From NCBI GenBank assembly GCA_036172245.1, contig JAYWIR010000030.1, forward strand, positions 744,001 to 808,000: DNA of 64,000 bases, written 5' to 3'. Shown here in pieces: positions 1 to 12,072 of the stretch; position 1 is the stretch's first letter; each line of letters begins with the position of its first letter. The stretch comes from Raillietiella orientalis. Its lineage: Eukaryota. The position numbers and the translations under genes are program-made. The notes beneath the pieces were generated by a model, which was not told where the DNA came from, did not search any database, and worked only from the letters and a program-made list of their open reading frames with translations.

Positions 1-713
1 TTTACACTCCTGCTGACATTTGTGGCCAGTGGGGATCCGGGGAAATTGAACAGTGGAACATTGTCTTGTTTCATGTACTGCATGTTGCAGTTTTGTACAC
101 TTTGGAGACAGTCTTGGGATTTCTTTAATATAGCGATAGTTCAGAGTTTCATTGCTGACCCTGTTTGTATAATTTCATAGTTTGCTTTTGCAAGCTTTCC
201 TACCTCAGATTCAGGTTCATCCCATTTGCAAGACTGTTTTTCTGTGGACATAGCTGATTTTTTGTTTTCAAAAGCTGTTTGTAATATTCAGCTTGCCTAG
301 TTGGCACTCTGTTGTAAACCATCTATTACACTGACTGTGCTTACTTTTGTAATATGGCCAGTTGCTTGCCAAGGCAATGGTTTTGTTTTTCGGATTTTTG
401 CAAGGCTGTTTTTAATCTGTATGCCTGTGCTTGTTCTGCAGTGATGGGATCTGTTTCCCATTCCGAAATTTCTTCTTCAGTCAAATCATTGCCTGTCACC
501 AGAATAGCAAGAAGCTCTGCAAGTGATCCAAATCTGTTCTCACATGCCTTTTTACTTACCCCTGTTCCAATGTTTTAATTTTGTTATCTCATCATGCAGT
601 TGGGCTAACATTTGTTTATGCTGGTCTTCCAAGAAACTAAACGAGTTTTTCAGTTGATCAGTTTTTGGATTGATTTGCAAACAGGCCACTTGGTTTGATA
701 GCTCAGAACTCAT
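1..713 (-). CDS. CCDC74/CCDC92-family coiled-coil protein, 4 exons visible (713-560, 516-345, 308-204, 160-<1), 3' end runs off the window
   Basis: GT-AG introns of 43, 36 and 43 nt join the exons into one open frame: MSSELSNQVACLQINPKTDQLKNSFSFLEDQHKQMLAQLHDEITKLKHWNRELLAIL... The segment FLEDQHKQMLAQLHDEITKLK resembles the CCDC74/CCDC92 N-terminal motif (FLQxxHxxMLxxLHxEIxxLK). An extra upstream exon cannot be excluded. Confidence 0.75.
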
Positions 714-1808
714 CTTATTCTGCTGCAAATAATATGATATAAATTACATTTTGATGTTTCCCACTGCCTCGATTAGCACTTATTTTCGGCGGCAATTTCA
801 AGTCACTTTCATGTTTTCATGACAGCTATGCATGAAACAGGGTTTACGTGACCGGAAACTATAGCAACGAGATGTTTTTTCCGCAAAACACCTGACAATC
901 TGACTCCCGAAAATCACGTAGTTTCTGAAAACGTATATGGCGTGACTTATTTTAACGATTCCCTCTTGAAATGTGGTACTCAAGTTTCTTGACAACAGGA
1001 AAGGTCCGACCGTGCCCAGCGGTTTGTGTATGTCAGCATTGTTTTTGCTTTCTCAGCATTTCGAAATTAGTGATTTTGAGAAAATCCCGTCATATGCATT
1101 CATTCAGTCGGCAAGTCGGCGGCAATTAATTACGGAATGCGGACAAAAGTCTGGTGCGGCAATCGATTCTCACCAAACGGAAAAGTTCCTCGAGTTTTTT
1201 TTTTAAAGTTGTGCCGCCACCCGTGTGTTTTGTGCAGAAACGGAAATCCATTTGCTAAAGGTTTCGTGTTTCTTGTGTTAGACCACCGTTCGTCTTGAAG
1301 TGGATTTGGAATTTAGCGATTTTGAACAGAGGAAAAATTTCTCCATAAAATGGTCTTTCCGGCAGTGTACACAGTTTAAGTTGCCCGACGGATGTTTCAG
1401 AATATCAAATACATAGTACAAGCGTAGTTATATGCTTGGATCTGCTCAGGAAGAAAACCTAAGCAGGGATACATTGAATTTTGAACATTATGGGAACCCT
1501 TGCTTGGAAGTATGAGCATAAAATGGTTTTCAATGCAAAACAGGATGCGCAAAGATAAGGACTTCAAGATTCATGAGATTGAAATAAGTTGATTATTTCA
1601 CGCAGGAGTGAAGACATTGAAGAACACCCAATTGCATTAAACTTGTTCAGAGCCGAGACCTGAAGGGTACACAAAATGCCCACCAAAGCGTCCCTGAAAG
1701 CCACTCAATCCCTGAAATGCAAAGTGAACCCCGAGGATGAACCCGCACTAGTAAAATAAGATAACACATGCAGCCAAAAGTCAAAGGATAAAATAAAATT
1801 GAATATCA

Positions 1809-2877
1809 GGAATGGGATTGTGACAGTGAAGATATGTCAGGGTTTTTGTAAGTGGCGACCTTTCTGCAAGTCACCCAAGGCCAAATTCGTATTTGACACA
1901 TCTTTCAGGCTGATCATACAAACTCTGCACACAAGTGATTCAGATGATTTTCACACCATTCATAGAACTGAAAAGTTTCTCATTGCTTTTAGGTTACAGT
2001 GTGAAGAAAGTTTCAGCGCTTCGTTGAGAATAGTTTCCGTATAAGAATTCGTACGTTTCAACAGCAAATAGGTCGAATAGCAATACCAAGTTCTTAACAA
2101 TCGTATTATATACGAAAACAGTTCCTAAAAACTTAACATTATGCTCAATGGATTTGCAATTCGATAAGCATTTTATCGGAATGAAATCTGCAATTTCGTT
2201 CTCATGAAATCTCGATATAGATGTGCATCAGTAGTGGAAGCCCTGTCCTACAATGGAATAAGGCTTCTGCAATAAGTACGCAGAACAAGTAAACTTAAGG
2301 GCTCTGTAATGTGAATGGCGCACAATTTTTCTAATAAGAAATGGTGAATGTGATGCATAATATTCGGAATAAGTAGATACTATTTCTTTAACTGAGATAC
2401 GTCAAATATTTCAACCACTTGTTTTCCTTTCTTACAGAATACAACACTCACAATAGACAATAAATAATTAGACTAGTAGCCTCTCTGGTTTACATCTTAT
2501 CTTAAGACATCATTTCCAGATTCTGAAGCTAGTACTAACACACTCTAAAGAAACATGCGAGTGGGCGTCCTACGTATTCTTTCGAAGTGCACAAAACTAT
2601 GCACCCAAGGGAATTCCACGGAAAATGCATTCCAAACATGTAAGTTGATCCTTAAAATGAAATTTCAAAAACGAGTAAAAGAAAAACTTTCCGAAGTCCA
2701 ACAAATTTTATCACAGGCGTATAGAAGTGCTATTGAACCAGAATGCTCAGAAGCTTTACATGAGCTTTACCGAATGACACCTTCAAACTTCCTGTCATAT
2801 CAAAATTTCCAAACAAACAGCTTTATGATAAAGTTGACTCAACTTATCTCATGCATCCACAAGCTTGAAAGTTTCAA
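1809..2877 (+). CDS. Putative internal exons of an unknown multi-exon gene; best supported are 2520-2639 and 2717-2877
   Basis: tttccag|2520-2639|gtaagt and tcacag|2717-2877|gtaaag are open and phase-compatible (ILKLVLTHSKETCEWASYVFF...KH / AYRSAIEPECSEALHELY...). More splice-like sites lie at 1809-2030. No start, stop or family recognised. Confidence 0.4.
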
Positions 2878-3199
2878 GTAAAGTGTTCTTTTTCCTCTGA
2901 GATCTATTAGAATATGAAAGCTGTAAGGTCTTAATTAGCTCATGTTTTTCGAATTTTTTTTTAACTATTCGAAGATTGCATGGATTGTGTTTTGCTACCT
3001 GGGAATATCAGAGTACCACTTCCAGTTTGTTAATCATTGTTTTTAGTTGTCGAATGCTAGATGAGGATCAACAGCATCCAATGTTACATGGATATACCGT
3101 TACTGCTACTAAATGGATGGGAGTAACGTTTAACCGATAAAAGAATGAAAGCGCTTCTAATCGAGTCAAAAACCAGCTAAGAACTGTGAAATTCTGGAA

Positions 3200-3636
3200 A
3201 AGTGAACAACATTCTCCCACGGCTCGAGAGAGGGGGAGCGCAACTGCCTATGGAGCAGCAGACACGACCGCCAGCCTCTGAAGGACATCCTGAGGAACAC
3301 CAGGAATCTGCTGTGGGCTTCGTTCACCCCCCTCGCCCCAGTGCTGCCCTGCCCTCCCTATGGGAAGCAGTGGACAGCCAACATCCAGCGAGGTGGGAAG
3401 TGACGTGTGAAATCCAAAAAAGAAGAAACATCTGGGTACGCGGACAACTCGGGAGCTGGCGGACGCTGTGACCCCGAATGTCACACCAAAAGCACTGCTA
3501 CGCTGGGGAGAGCTACTACAAATTCCTACGGAGGAGGTGAAGTCGCCCCCAGCGTGCCGGAGCAGCACCCTCCCCCTTAAGTGGCAGGAGTCGGCGACCC
3601 TGCTGCTGCTGCACTGGGGCCTCCCTTGCGACGCCC
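3200..3636 (+). mobile_element. Tx1/L1-like non-LTR retrotransposon ORF2 C-terminal fragment
   Basis: Frameshifted peptides LLWASFTPLAP, RWEVTCEI and PKALLRWGELL...LPLKWQESATLLLLHWGLPC match the other Tx1-like pieces in the window (e.g. 9876-10600). Confidence 0.75.
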
Positions 3637-5267
3637 CACCTTAGAGCAGTTGCAATCATCAAAAGACAGGTTTAATTTACAAATGCGATTTTTGGAATTG
3701 TAAATTAGAAGGGAAAATTATCTCTACAAAAAATCTGGATCACAATATAAAAAAATGATATTATAACTATAATTTTATGGTTTGTATATCTACGCTGGCA
3801 TGACTTAGATTTCAATATTAAGTATCTAGCAGTTCACCCTTGGTATTACTTAAAGATTTTGTGATTCCACACTATCGGTACTATATCTTCTTTTCCTTAA
3901 GACTGTCCATCCATTTCTGAAACAATTGTATAGTACATTAAGCCGATCTGAAGACCACTTTATTTTGAAACGAATAACACTTCAATCAACAGATAGAGTT
4001 TAAAATTCTTCAAAAGAGATTTTGTCTTCAGATTGTCTATGAAAGTTGTATAACGCTGTTTACGATAATCAGCATGCTGAATTCCTTTTTAAGTTAAACG
4101 GACATCCCAGGTAGTTTTACTTTCACTTCTCTTGTTAGAAGTACCTTCTCCTGAAAAGCCATCGAGAAAGTCTAATCACAAATTCAGTGATGCAAATTTT
4201 CCTGTCTGAAAATATGGAACCGCGTTTGTAGTTGGGCGATCAAACAGGCGCAGTACCTTTGCAGAAAAAAGTTTGTGAAACGAACTCGGAAGTTCTTCCA
4301 GTGGGGGGCCACTTTTCGAGCATTCATAAGCGTATTCTTCGCAGGGTGGAGCTTTGCATTTTTTTTTTTTCGGACAGCAAAACGAAACAGCGTTTGCACC
4401 GACCGCCTTGAGGGAACAGCAGCGCCGTGGCACGGAGTGCCAGAAATCCCATTTGGTGCGTTTTCTCATTCCAGGATGCTTTTTGCATCTTCCCTCATCT
4501 ACCAGCAAATGCAAAGCCTCGTAAAGGGGAAAGTGGAAGTGGCGTGCCCGAGGTGCGCAGCTCGGCATGTTGCGAATCGGCGCAGCAGCCATCTTCGTCA
4601 TACGTCATCAGCGGCCGTTTCGAAACGGAGCGCCTCGGCCCTGCTCGCGTCGGCGGCGGAGTGGCAACGCGAAGGCCGGTCGGTGCTTCCTGCGAGCTCT
4701 GTGTGGAATCGCAAAGGATGTCGTCTGGAAAGGGATCGACTTCAGCATCGAATTTGCTTCCGCATTGTGTGCGAGGATGCATCGTTGAATAGCGGGAAAA
4801 TGCAGAGTGAATATGTACTCCCACTCCAGGGAAGAGAGGAAAATAGCGGAGTGATGTTCGGTGCAGAAACTGAGCCGCTTCGTGTGCCATAAAATGGAAT
4901 CGCAAGAGATATGGTAAGTGCGATGTTTGATCCAATTGATCGAATTCAAACAGTGTTGGATTACTGTGGTCAGGTTTTGTTTGTGTTTCCCTCCCTTGGA
5001 GTAACCATAGTAATCTTACAGTAGTCTATTACCAAAGTCTAACATTGGAGCAGCATCCCCACCTGTGCTGCTGTGTTTTCTTTTTCTGTCTTTTCTAGAC
5101 GGAGTTTTGTTCTCGTTCCGAAATATGAAATTTTGGCACCAGAGCACTTTTTGACATCTTGCTGCAAGAAGCAGGTTCTTATCTTGACATAATTTTGTAA
5201 AGCATATTCCATAATGTTTATTAGGCGTACGTTCCTGTTGAAACGTTTCCATTACTGAGAGAAGAGG

Positions 5268-7140
5268 ATGGAACAATTTATCTGTTGCTCCTGCAAATCT
5301 CCTCTGGTAGCGCAAGAATCCATCTCAGCAATTCCATGTGGACATATGGTCCATAGCAGCTGCTTACAACATCTTCCAAGGGATTCTCCTGCTGGGTAGC
5401 TTTTTGTGTAAATTACCGTCAGTGCTACTCAAAATGATGTCCCAGTTTTCCTAGATGCCCTATTTGCGACCATGTAATGCAACCTGGTGAAGAAGCAAGG
5501 AGATTGTATTTTACTACTGATTTGGTGGAAATTGACCCTAATGAACTAATCACTCGTGAACAACAACGAGCTGCACTTCAGGAAGCTAGGTATTGTGCAT
5601 TGATCAAATTTCAGCCATCTAAGGAATACAGTGTAACCAGTTGTAAACAAGAATTAGACATGATTTGCAGATTTGAAATATCCATTTACTAACTTGATCA
5701 GGATTTCATGTATGATAGCAAGATATTTGAATCATTCATAAAATTGTTATGAGTTACAGATAATCAAATAATTTATTTTATTTTTCAATACCAGTCAGCT
5801 GCTTTTTCATAAATCAATTGAAAGTTCTTCTCAGAAATACATCTAGAGACTGTTTGGCACGTTTACATGAGACCAGAACTGCTTATGCCGCCTTGAACAC
5901 AGAAAATGGTGAAGTTTTGTACTCCCTGAAGGAATGTCAGGAGTCCAAACTTTGGCATGCAGCAGTCTATGAGAAAATTGCAAAATTACAGCAGTAAGTG
6001 CTTGCTTTTGTTTTCTTTATATTCTTAATGCAAATTTTTTTAGCATTAAAGAGATATTAGAAGCTAGTAGTTCTTACATCGATATGTATAAAGCAAGAAT
6101 TCCAGCTGATCATGAAAATGTGAATATTTTATGTACACTAAGTGGAGTACTACACAGGTAGTCATGTTTTTTAGAGTTTTGTTGTTGTTGATTGTTTTTG
6201 TGGATCTCAATATTTTATCACTTTTGCATACGGATGCATTTTTATTCTGTGAATCATTTAATAGCTGTTCTAAGCAGCTTGAATAGAATGGAGAAAATTT
6301 GCATTCATTTCCTAAACTTCTTTTCTTCTTTTTTTTCTTTTTTTTTCCCATGGTCTCATACAAGATTCCTATTGCCCATTTTCTCTCAAAAATTTGCTTT
6401 GTGGAACTACTAAGGGATGTTTAATTCAAATCAGATATGAGACATTCGTTTCTGGTTTGCTTTGTGCTGAACCAAGTTTTCCAGGGTGCGTTAAAGTTTG
6501 GGAATTGAATGTTTGATGCTATGTCAGCACATTCTCAAATGAGTGTTTCACTCTAGGGAACTTCAGGGATGTCAAGCAGAATTGCAGTTGAAGAAGCAAA
6601 GGCTGGAGAAATCTGAGCAGTTAGTCACAGCCCTCAGAGAATCTGTGAAAGGCTTTGAAAGGAAGCTCGCAAATCGCCAACAGCAAATAGTGCAATTGAC
6701 TGAAGAAAATAAGAAGCTTCGTGACAGTTTGGATCACATAAGTTCAGCTATGGCTTCAACTACTGGTGTCACGAGTGGGGTTTCACATGCAAATTCTGTT
6801 CCCAGGCCGGAAGACACTGGTTCACCTAATCACCAAGGTATCTGAATAAAAGTTGTGTGTGAAAGTGTTTGTTTGCTGTCAAGTTGGTTCATCTGGGATG
6901 TTGGTGCGTCCTCATCAGAAGGTCTCTTCAGAAGGTTGCGGAAGTTGTTTGTCTGAAATGAAAAGGGGCAAACTCGATGGCAGATGGGGTGGTGAGGGTG
7001 CGGCCATGTTTTCTTTGAATTGCGATGACAAGAGACGTTGCAAGCAAGTTAAAGATAAGCAGATAATCCGGATTAGTTGTAAGAACTCTAAAAAACTCAC
7101 CAAAGTTTGGAACTTTTTGTGGGATCGTCCTCATGCTTAA
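5268..7140 (+). CDS. TRAIP: TRAIP-like RING-H2 + coiled-coil E3 ubiquitin ligase, copy 1 (exons 5268-5395, 5446-5589, 5835-5993, 6044-6157, 6557-6837, 6932-7140; 344 aa)
   Basis: Spliced frame is open. The RING CCSC-x14-CGHMVHSSC-x14-CPIC is followed by RLYF (TRAIP has KLFF), then a long coiled coil, then C-terminal KLDGRWGG and TKVWNFLWD, reminiscent of the TRAIP GxDGLGG and KLDTFLWS motifs. An in-frame stop lies upstream of the ATG. The last-exon acceptor is less certain. Confidence 0.8.
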
Positions 7141-7274
7141 CCCTTTTATGACGTGTGTCCCCAAATAAAATTCGTTTTGCTAATGCAAGACCAATGATGT
7201 CACGGGAGGAAAGCAGTGAAGCTGATATACCTCCCTTTGTGCATTGACGGTACCTTCAACATGTGTGCAGAATC

Positions 7275-8309
7275 ATGGAACCTATGGCCATTGGTTCCTC
7301 GAATAGTCCCAACAAGAGTGATTTGGGGTGCTCTCAGTATTTGCCCAGTTTTCTTTTGGGTGAATCTGTGTTGTCTGCATGTCCCACGAGCAGGCAATCC
7401 GCAGGATGCTCCGATCCTCTCCTCCGATCCTCTCCGAAGGTGGGAAGCCACTCGTTTTCTCCGAATGCGGATCTTTCTTCATCTAGGTTGGACAGGTGAT
7501 ATGCGTGTGCCGTGAGCGTTTTGTTAACTGTTGCGTGTTTCAGATCTTTTGGGCGTCGTTTTTCTCCGGAAGGACACGTGAATTTTTCCCATGGTCAGGC
7601 GGCGAGTTGTAATAAAATGAGAACGTCTGGCTGCAATGCAGGGCCCCCCGTCATCTCCCAGCTGCTGTCCCCATCGCTTCCTTCCAGTTGCTTCAGCGAA
7701 TCTCGATCCCTTCAACCCAGTTTGGGAATGTGAGTGGTGCAGATGACAATCCGAGTGCTTGCTTAGTCAGCAGACATCTGATGACAATACTTGGGTGACG
7801 GTATTTGGCTTTCTTCCATCAGCTTGCGCGTACATTCTGGAACAGTTTTCGTCCTATGGGAATGTACTTGAGCACATACTTCCATCTCGTGGTAATTGGA
7901 TGCATCTCCATTATGAAAACGCTCTGCAAGCCCACAAAGCCTTGTGCAAAAATGGCCACATACTTGGAGATGCCATTATGATTGGCGTAAAAGCGTGTAC
8001 GCACAAAGTAAGCAGCAAGTGAAAATGTGTGTGAATGCGCGAATTTTCGAAAACGTTGTTGCAGGACGCCACGAGGGATGCCACTTTGAGTGGCAGCGGA
8101 CCGAGGAAAGTGGAACACGTGCAAGGGTACACACCTCCATCACGACTTTTGTCATCTTCTAGTTGGGCAGCGAAAGCTAATCACGACGTCAGTTGTCATC
8201 CTGCGCGCATTCCTGTTAATCTGCTCCGTTGTAGGTGATCCCGTGTTCCCCAGTGCCTCAAAGGAGTAATGGCCTGATGAATCGTGCAATGGAATTGCTG
8301 GGATGGTGA
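7275..8309 (+). CDS. NUP35: Nucleoporin Nup35/Nup53, copy 1 (exons 7275-7495, 7544-7729, 7767-8007, 8065-8187, 8235-8309; 281 aa)
   Basis: N-terminal EPMAIGS..SP...QYLPSFLLG, Nup35-type RRM WVTVFGF...ILEQFSSYG...GNWMHLHY..ALQAHKALCKNG..LGDAIMIGVKAC, and C-terminal amphipathic helix GLMNRAMELLGW-stop. All introns are GT-AG and in phase. Confidence 0.95.
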
Positions 8310-8855
8310 AGTACACGTTTCAAGTCGAAAGATTCGTCATTTTGTGTGGTTCAGCATCTCGCAGAGTCATTAAAAATATTCAACATGGTTACATGGCTTC
8401 GAGGTGTCTAATTGTGATGAACATTTGTGAATGCATCGTAAGGGAGTGGTAATTGAGGTTTTCTTCTCCCTCTCCGTCTTTCTGTTGACAGCGGTGGCTT
8501 AAACTGGCGGGAAGTTTTCCTAGTTGGATCACTTTTGATGCTTGAAGCAATCCAGCCGGATGAATTCTGGGAAAATTCCCCCCACTTTTCATGGTTGAGG
8601 TTTGGGGAGGTTTTTTTTTTTTTTTTTGCTGATGTTTATCCAGTAACGATCGACATCTGATGCTGACCGCTCTCGAATTGTGCAGTGCTGCCTGTATCTG
8701 GATGGTAATATTTGCACATCAGGTTTCGAAACGAACTGGCTCATGTTGTCGTTGTGACAAAGTGTTCGTTTAATTGATCTAGCTTTATGAGGTAATGGTG
8801 AGGTACAGGAAAATATCATTTGAACCTCAATCAATTAAGAAATACGTGTTCCATA

Positions 8856-9664
8856 TCCACCCGCGCGACCGAGGTTCACCCTCCCAAGCGTGGCGCTCGC
8901 CGGGAGACTGGTTGCGCCTCGCTGGAGCGCGCGAACATCTGCGTGCATTCCTGCGAGGTTGCCAACTGCAGACTCTCGCTGACTGGGACAAAATAAAACG
9001 CTCATTGCGAGAGTTCTGCGACCAGTTTCCCCTCCTCGGCGTGACCCGGTGGCAACAACCAGTTTCCCCTCCATCAACTTCCTCCAGGTTTCGGGGAAGG
9101 GGTGAGGAACGACAGGAGCAATCTGCATGCCCGTCGTTCCTCCAACAAGCCCGACGTTCGTCGCCTGGCGGAATTCAAGGCTGGAGCAGAGGCAGGCCTG
9201 GCAATCCGGATCTGCCTGCTTACTGGACGAAGATGGCCAGGAGCAATCCACTTCAGCGCAGGTTTGCCGCATCTTGCGAGATTTTTACTCCTCCCTCTAC
9301 GCAAGGAAAACATCAGAGCGCGTCTTTGCGCCGCGTTTGCTGTCAGAGGGAGCGCCTGCGCCAAGGGAGGAGCAACTTCACCACTTAGACCAAGAATACA
9401 CGATGACGGAGATTATCTCCGCCATCGTGAAACTAAAAAAACATAAAGCACCAGGGGAAGACGGCCTGCCAGCGGAATTCTATCAACACTTCGCGACAGA
9501 GCTGGTTCCCCTGGTGCACCAACTATGTACGCTGATCCGTGAAGGTGGGGATGTCCCCAACTCGTTCCGGTCAGCTAGAGTACGTCTCCTGCCCAAGGGT
9601 GGAGACTTGCGCAACGTTGGCAACTGGCGTCCCATCACTATAGTGAATGCGGACGCGAAGTTGC
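8856..9664 (+). mobile_element. Tx1/L1-like ORF2 fragment: post-endonuclease linker and RT N-terminus
   Basis: WDKIKRSLREFC, FYSSLY, KAPGEDGLPAEFY and LLPKGGDLRNVGNWRPITIVNADAKLL are L1/Tx1-clade RT motifs. Confidence 0.92.
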
Positions 9665-10600
9665 TTGTTGCCACCCGGTCACGCCGGGGCGGTTATTATA
9701 AATTCTCTACATTGTGGTACAAGGCCCCACTACGGCCAACTCAACGGGACCTGCTGGGTTGCCGGTACGCAGACCGGCGCGACGCCCCTCGGCAGCGGAA
9801 TGGGATAGGGGGAGAAAAACAAAAAGAAAAAATAAAACATAAAAAACAAAAGGATTTGTGAGGGCGGGGAAGGGATCACGGTCCACTGGGAGGAGGATCC
9901 ATCCTTTCCAGGATGCCCTCGAGGTCCGTCCGTATAATTCCCAGGTGGGGCCATCTGATCGCAATCCGCAGGTAGTGGATTGCAAGTACTACGGCATCCC
10001 TGTCGTGGCTCGGTCTTCTCACGTCGCTCCAGCACGTCACAATCCCTCGTACGCAGCAGAGCGCTGCCAGGGCAGCGGCTGGTCGCAAGGCATCCTGCAC
10101 GAACAGAAGCCGAAAAACGTCTCTGGGCTGGCTGCCCTCCTGCAGCCGTAGGGAGGTACCAAGACGTTCCCACAGGGGTCGGAGGGCAGCGCAATCAACA
10201 AGGAGGTGGGGGAGGGTTTCCCGCTCCCTGCACCTGATGCATGCGGGATCCACTCGACCCCTGGTCCAGTGGTGGCGGCGTGCGTTGCAGGGTAGGCCCC
10301 AGTGCAACAACAGAAGCGCCGACTCCTGCCACATCAGGGGGAGGATCCTCGATCCAATGAATACCGGGGGCCACTTCAGTTCATCCGTCTGGATGCCGAG
10401 CAGCTCTCCCCATCTCACTAATCCTCGCGGAAGGACACTTCGGGTCGTGGAGTCTGCCAGTTCCCTTATGGACCAGCCGCTCATCAGCTTCTCCTTGCCT
10501 GCGATACGGCAGAAGACTTGCCACCTGGGCTTGCGGCTGCTGGAGAGCGCCTTCCTCAAGAAGGGCATCGCCGTAGCTAGGGGGGTTATCTCTGCCCACG
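9665..10600 (-). mobile_element. 5'-truncated Tx1/L1-like element: CCHC region and 3' UTR, antisense to its neighbours
   Basis: CIRCRERETLPHLLVDC zinc knuckle, T-rich tract after the stop, and the family terminal motif at 9665-9692. Confidence 0.9.
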
Positions 10601-12072
10601 TGCTTCTTGCGCCCCCCTCTTGCGCCCTCTGCTTTTTGTTTGCCCGCCCTCCTACTCGGCCAAGCTCCAGGCGCAAAGCCTGTTGAGGAATGCTCTGTGG
10701 GGACCTGCGAGGTCCAGGATCCGCCTAAAAGACTTGGCGGCTCCGCGTCGGGATGCTGGCTTGGGCATCCTGACGCTGGAGAGAATCGAGCTGCAGGTGC
10801 AGCTTCGGATGTTGGCCCTGTGCGCAAACCTTTGGTCCACTCCGTGGTGCGCTCCCGCGCGCCTGCTTCTGCGGCGCTGCACCGGCAGCGACGGACTTCT
10901 GTCGCTGCGGCCGCACACGGAGCGCCCCACGACAAGTTTCGGTTTCCCTTTGAAACCGCTCTACCGGCTCCTGGCAGCCCAGGAATGGATCTCCTGCCGC
11001 CCAACGAACTTTCAAGCCTGGCGGCAGGAACCGTTGTATGGCTGGACAAAGCACCAGGATGTCTCCCCTCCTGGAACTCCGTTGCGTTCACCTCTCCCCG
11101 TACTGCACGGTGGATGAGGTCTGCAGCAGCCAGGAGAAGTGGACTCGCCTGGCCGTCACGCCGCTCGCCGACGCGCTGTCAGCCCTCAGGGCAAGAGATG
11201 ACAGCTGCGAACCGGCGAGATGGGAGGTCGCCTGCACCATCTCAGGAACAACACGACCCATTGGCGGCTGGAGGACTTGCGAGCTGGCAGACGCCGCCAC
11301 GCCTCGCCACATCCCGAAGGGACTGCTTCGGTGGAGTGAACACTTGAGTGTGCCCCCCGAAGAACTTGTGGTCCCTCCCTCCTGTTTGAACACTTCTGTG
11401 TTCCCCCTTTCGTGGAAGCAGGACGTCATCATGCTGGGCAGTGGGGTTTTCACTCCAACCAGCGGTCGAACCGTGTTTCCGGGGGAGTTGTCATTCCAAA
11501 CTGAAAGCGGTGCGGGGAAGTGGAAACGCTCCCGCACCTGCTCCTGGACTGCGGTGCCCTCCTAGGACTTTGACGGAGGCTGGCTTCAGCTCTCCTGCAC
11601 CAGGGGGACACCGCGAGAGACTTGATGCGCCGCTTCTTCACGCCAGGCGGCCTGTCTTTAGGTGCTGTCGTTGCAACCGTGTGTTGCACCCGCGCCATCG
11701 ACAAGGCCCACCGAGAGCTGGAGAAGCTGGCCATCCTTCGTCAGCCCACCGGATTAGCCAGCACAAGCATGTCGTCGGCTGCCAAGTGGACCCATCTGCC
11801 ACAGGACGTAAGGAGAGAGATCGCCGGCATCCATCGCCGGTTCTGAAAGGAAGGAACGGTCGAACCAAAGACCCCTGTCCCCTGCCCTCCATATTTTTCT
11901 TTTTATTTTTTATACTGGTGTATTTGTGGTCCCCTCCTTCCCGTTCCGGGCTTTCGGTATACCGACCTGCGTGTCGGGGATCCCACCCACTTCGTCTTCT
12001 CTGTATCCTTTGTCCGGGAACTCTGTTCCCGGATAGTTTTTCAATGAACGTCCCGGCGCACCCGGGTGATAA
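10601..12072 (+). mobile_element. Tx1/L1-like element 3' part: post-RT region to 3' terminus
   Basis: LRNALWG..RSRI...LAAPRRDAGLGI post-RT motif and a degenerate CCHC; homologous to 31000-32447; ends tcccggcgcacccgggtgataa. Confidence 0.88.

Larger units (their letters stand above)
4208..8855 (+). repeat. Segmental repeat A, copy 1 (GC-rich upstream region + TRAIP-like gene + Nup35)
   Basis: Near-identical to 14713-19361 and 24342-28870; all three begin gaaaatatggaaccgcg. The ORF track repeats at offsets of about 10.5 kb and 20.1 kb. Confidence 0.97.

Noticed and set aside
973..1800. Splice-like signals and possible 21-26 nt introns on the + strand
   Set aside because: I could not assemble a consistent open frame.
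4894..4913. ATG mini-exon with a gtaagt donor as first coding exon of the TRAIP-like gene
   Set aside because: Joining it to the downstream acceptors gives a stop or the wrong frame, and an in-frame stop precedes ATG 5268; treated as possible UTR.
4275..4949. Overlapping 100-200 aa ORFs in the GC-rich head of repeat A
   Set aside because: They are open on both strands with no recognisable domain, and a poly-T length change alters them between copies; more likely promoter or 5' UTR sequence.
6884..6931. Alternative acceptor for the last TRAIP-like exon
   Set aside because: Its AG is lost in copy 2, whereas the in-frame tctcttcag acceptor at 6931 is kept in all three copies.
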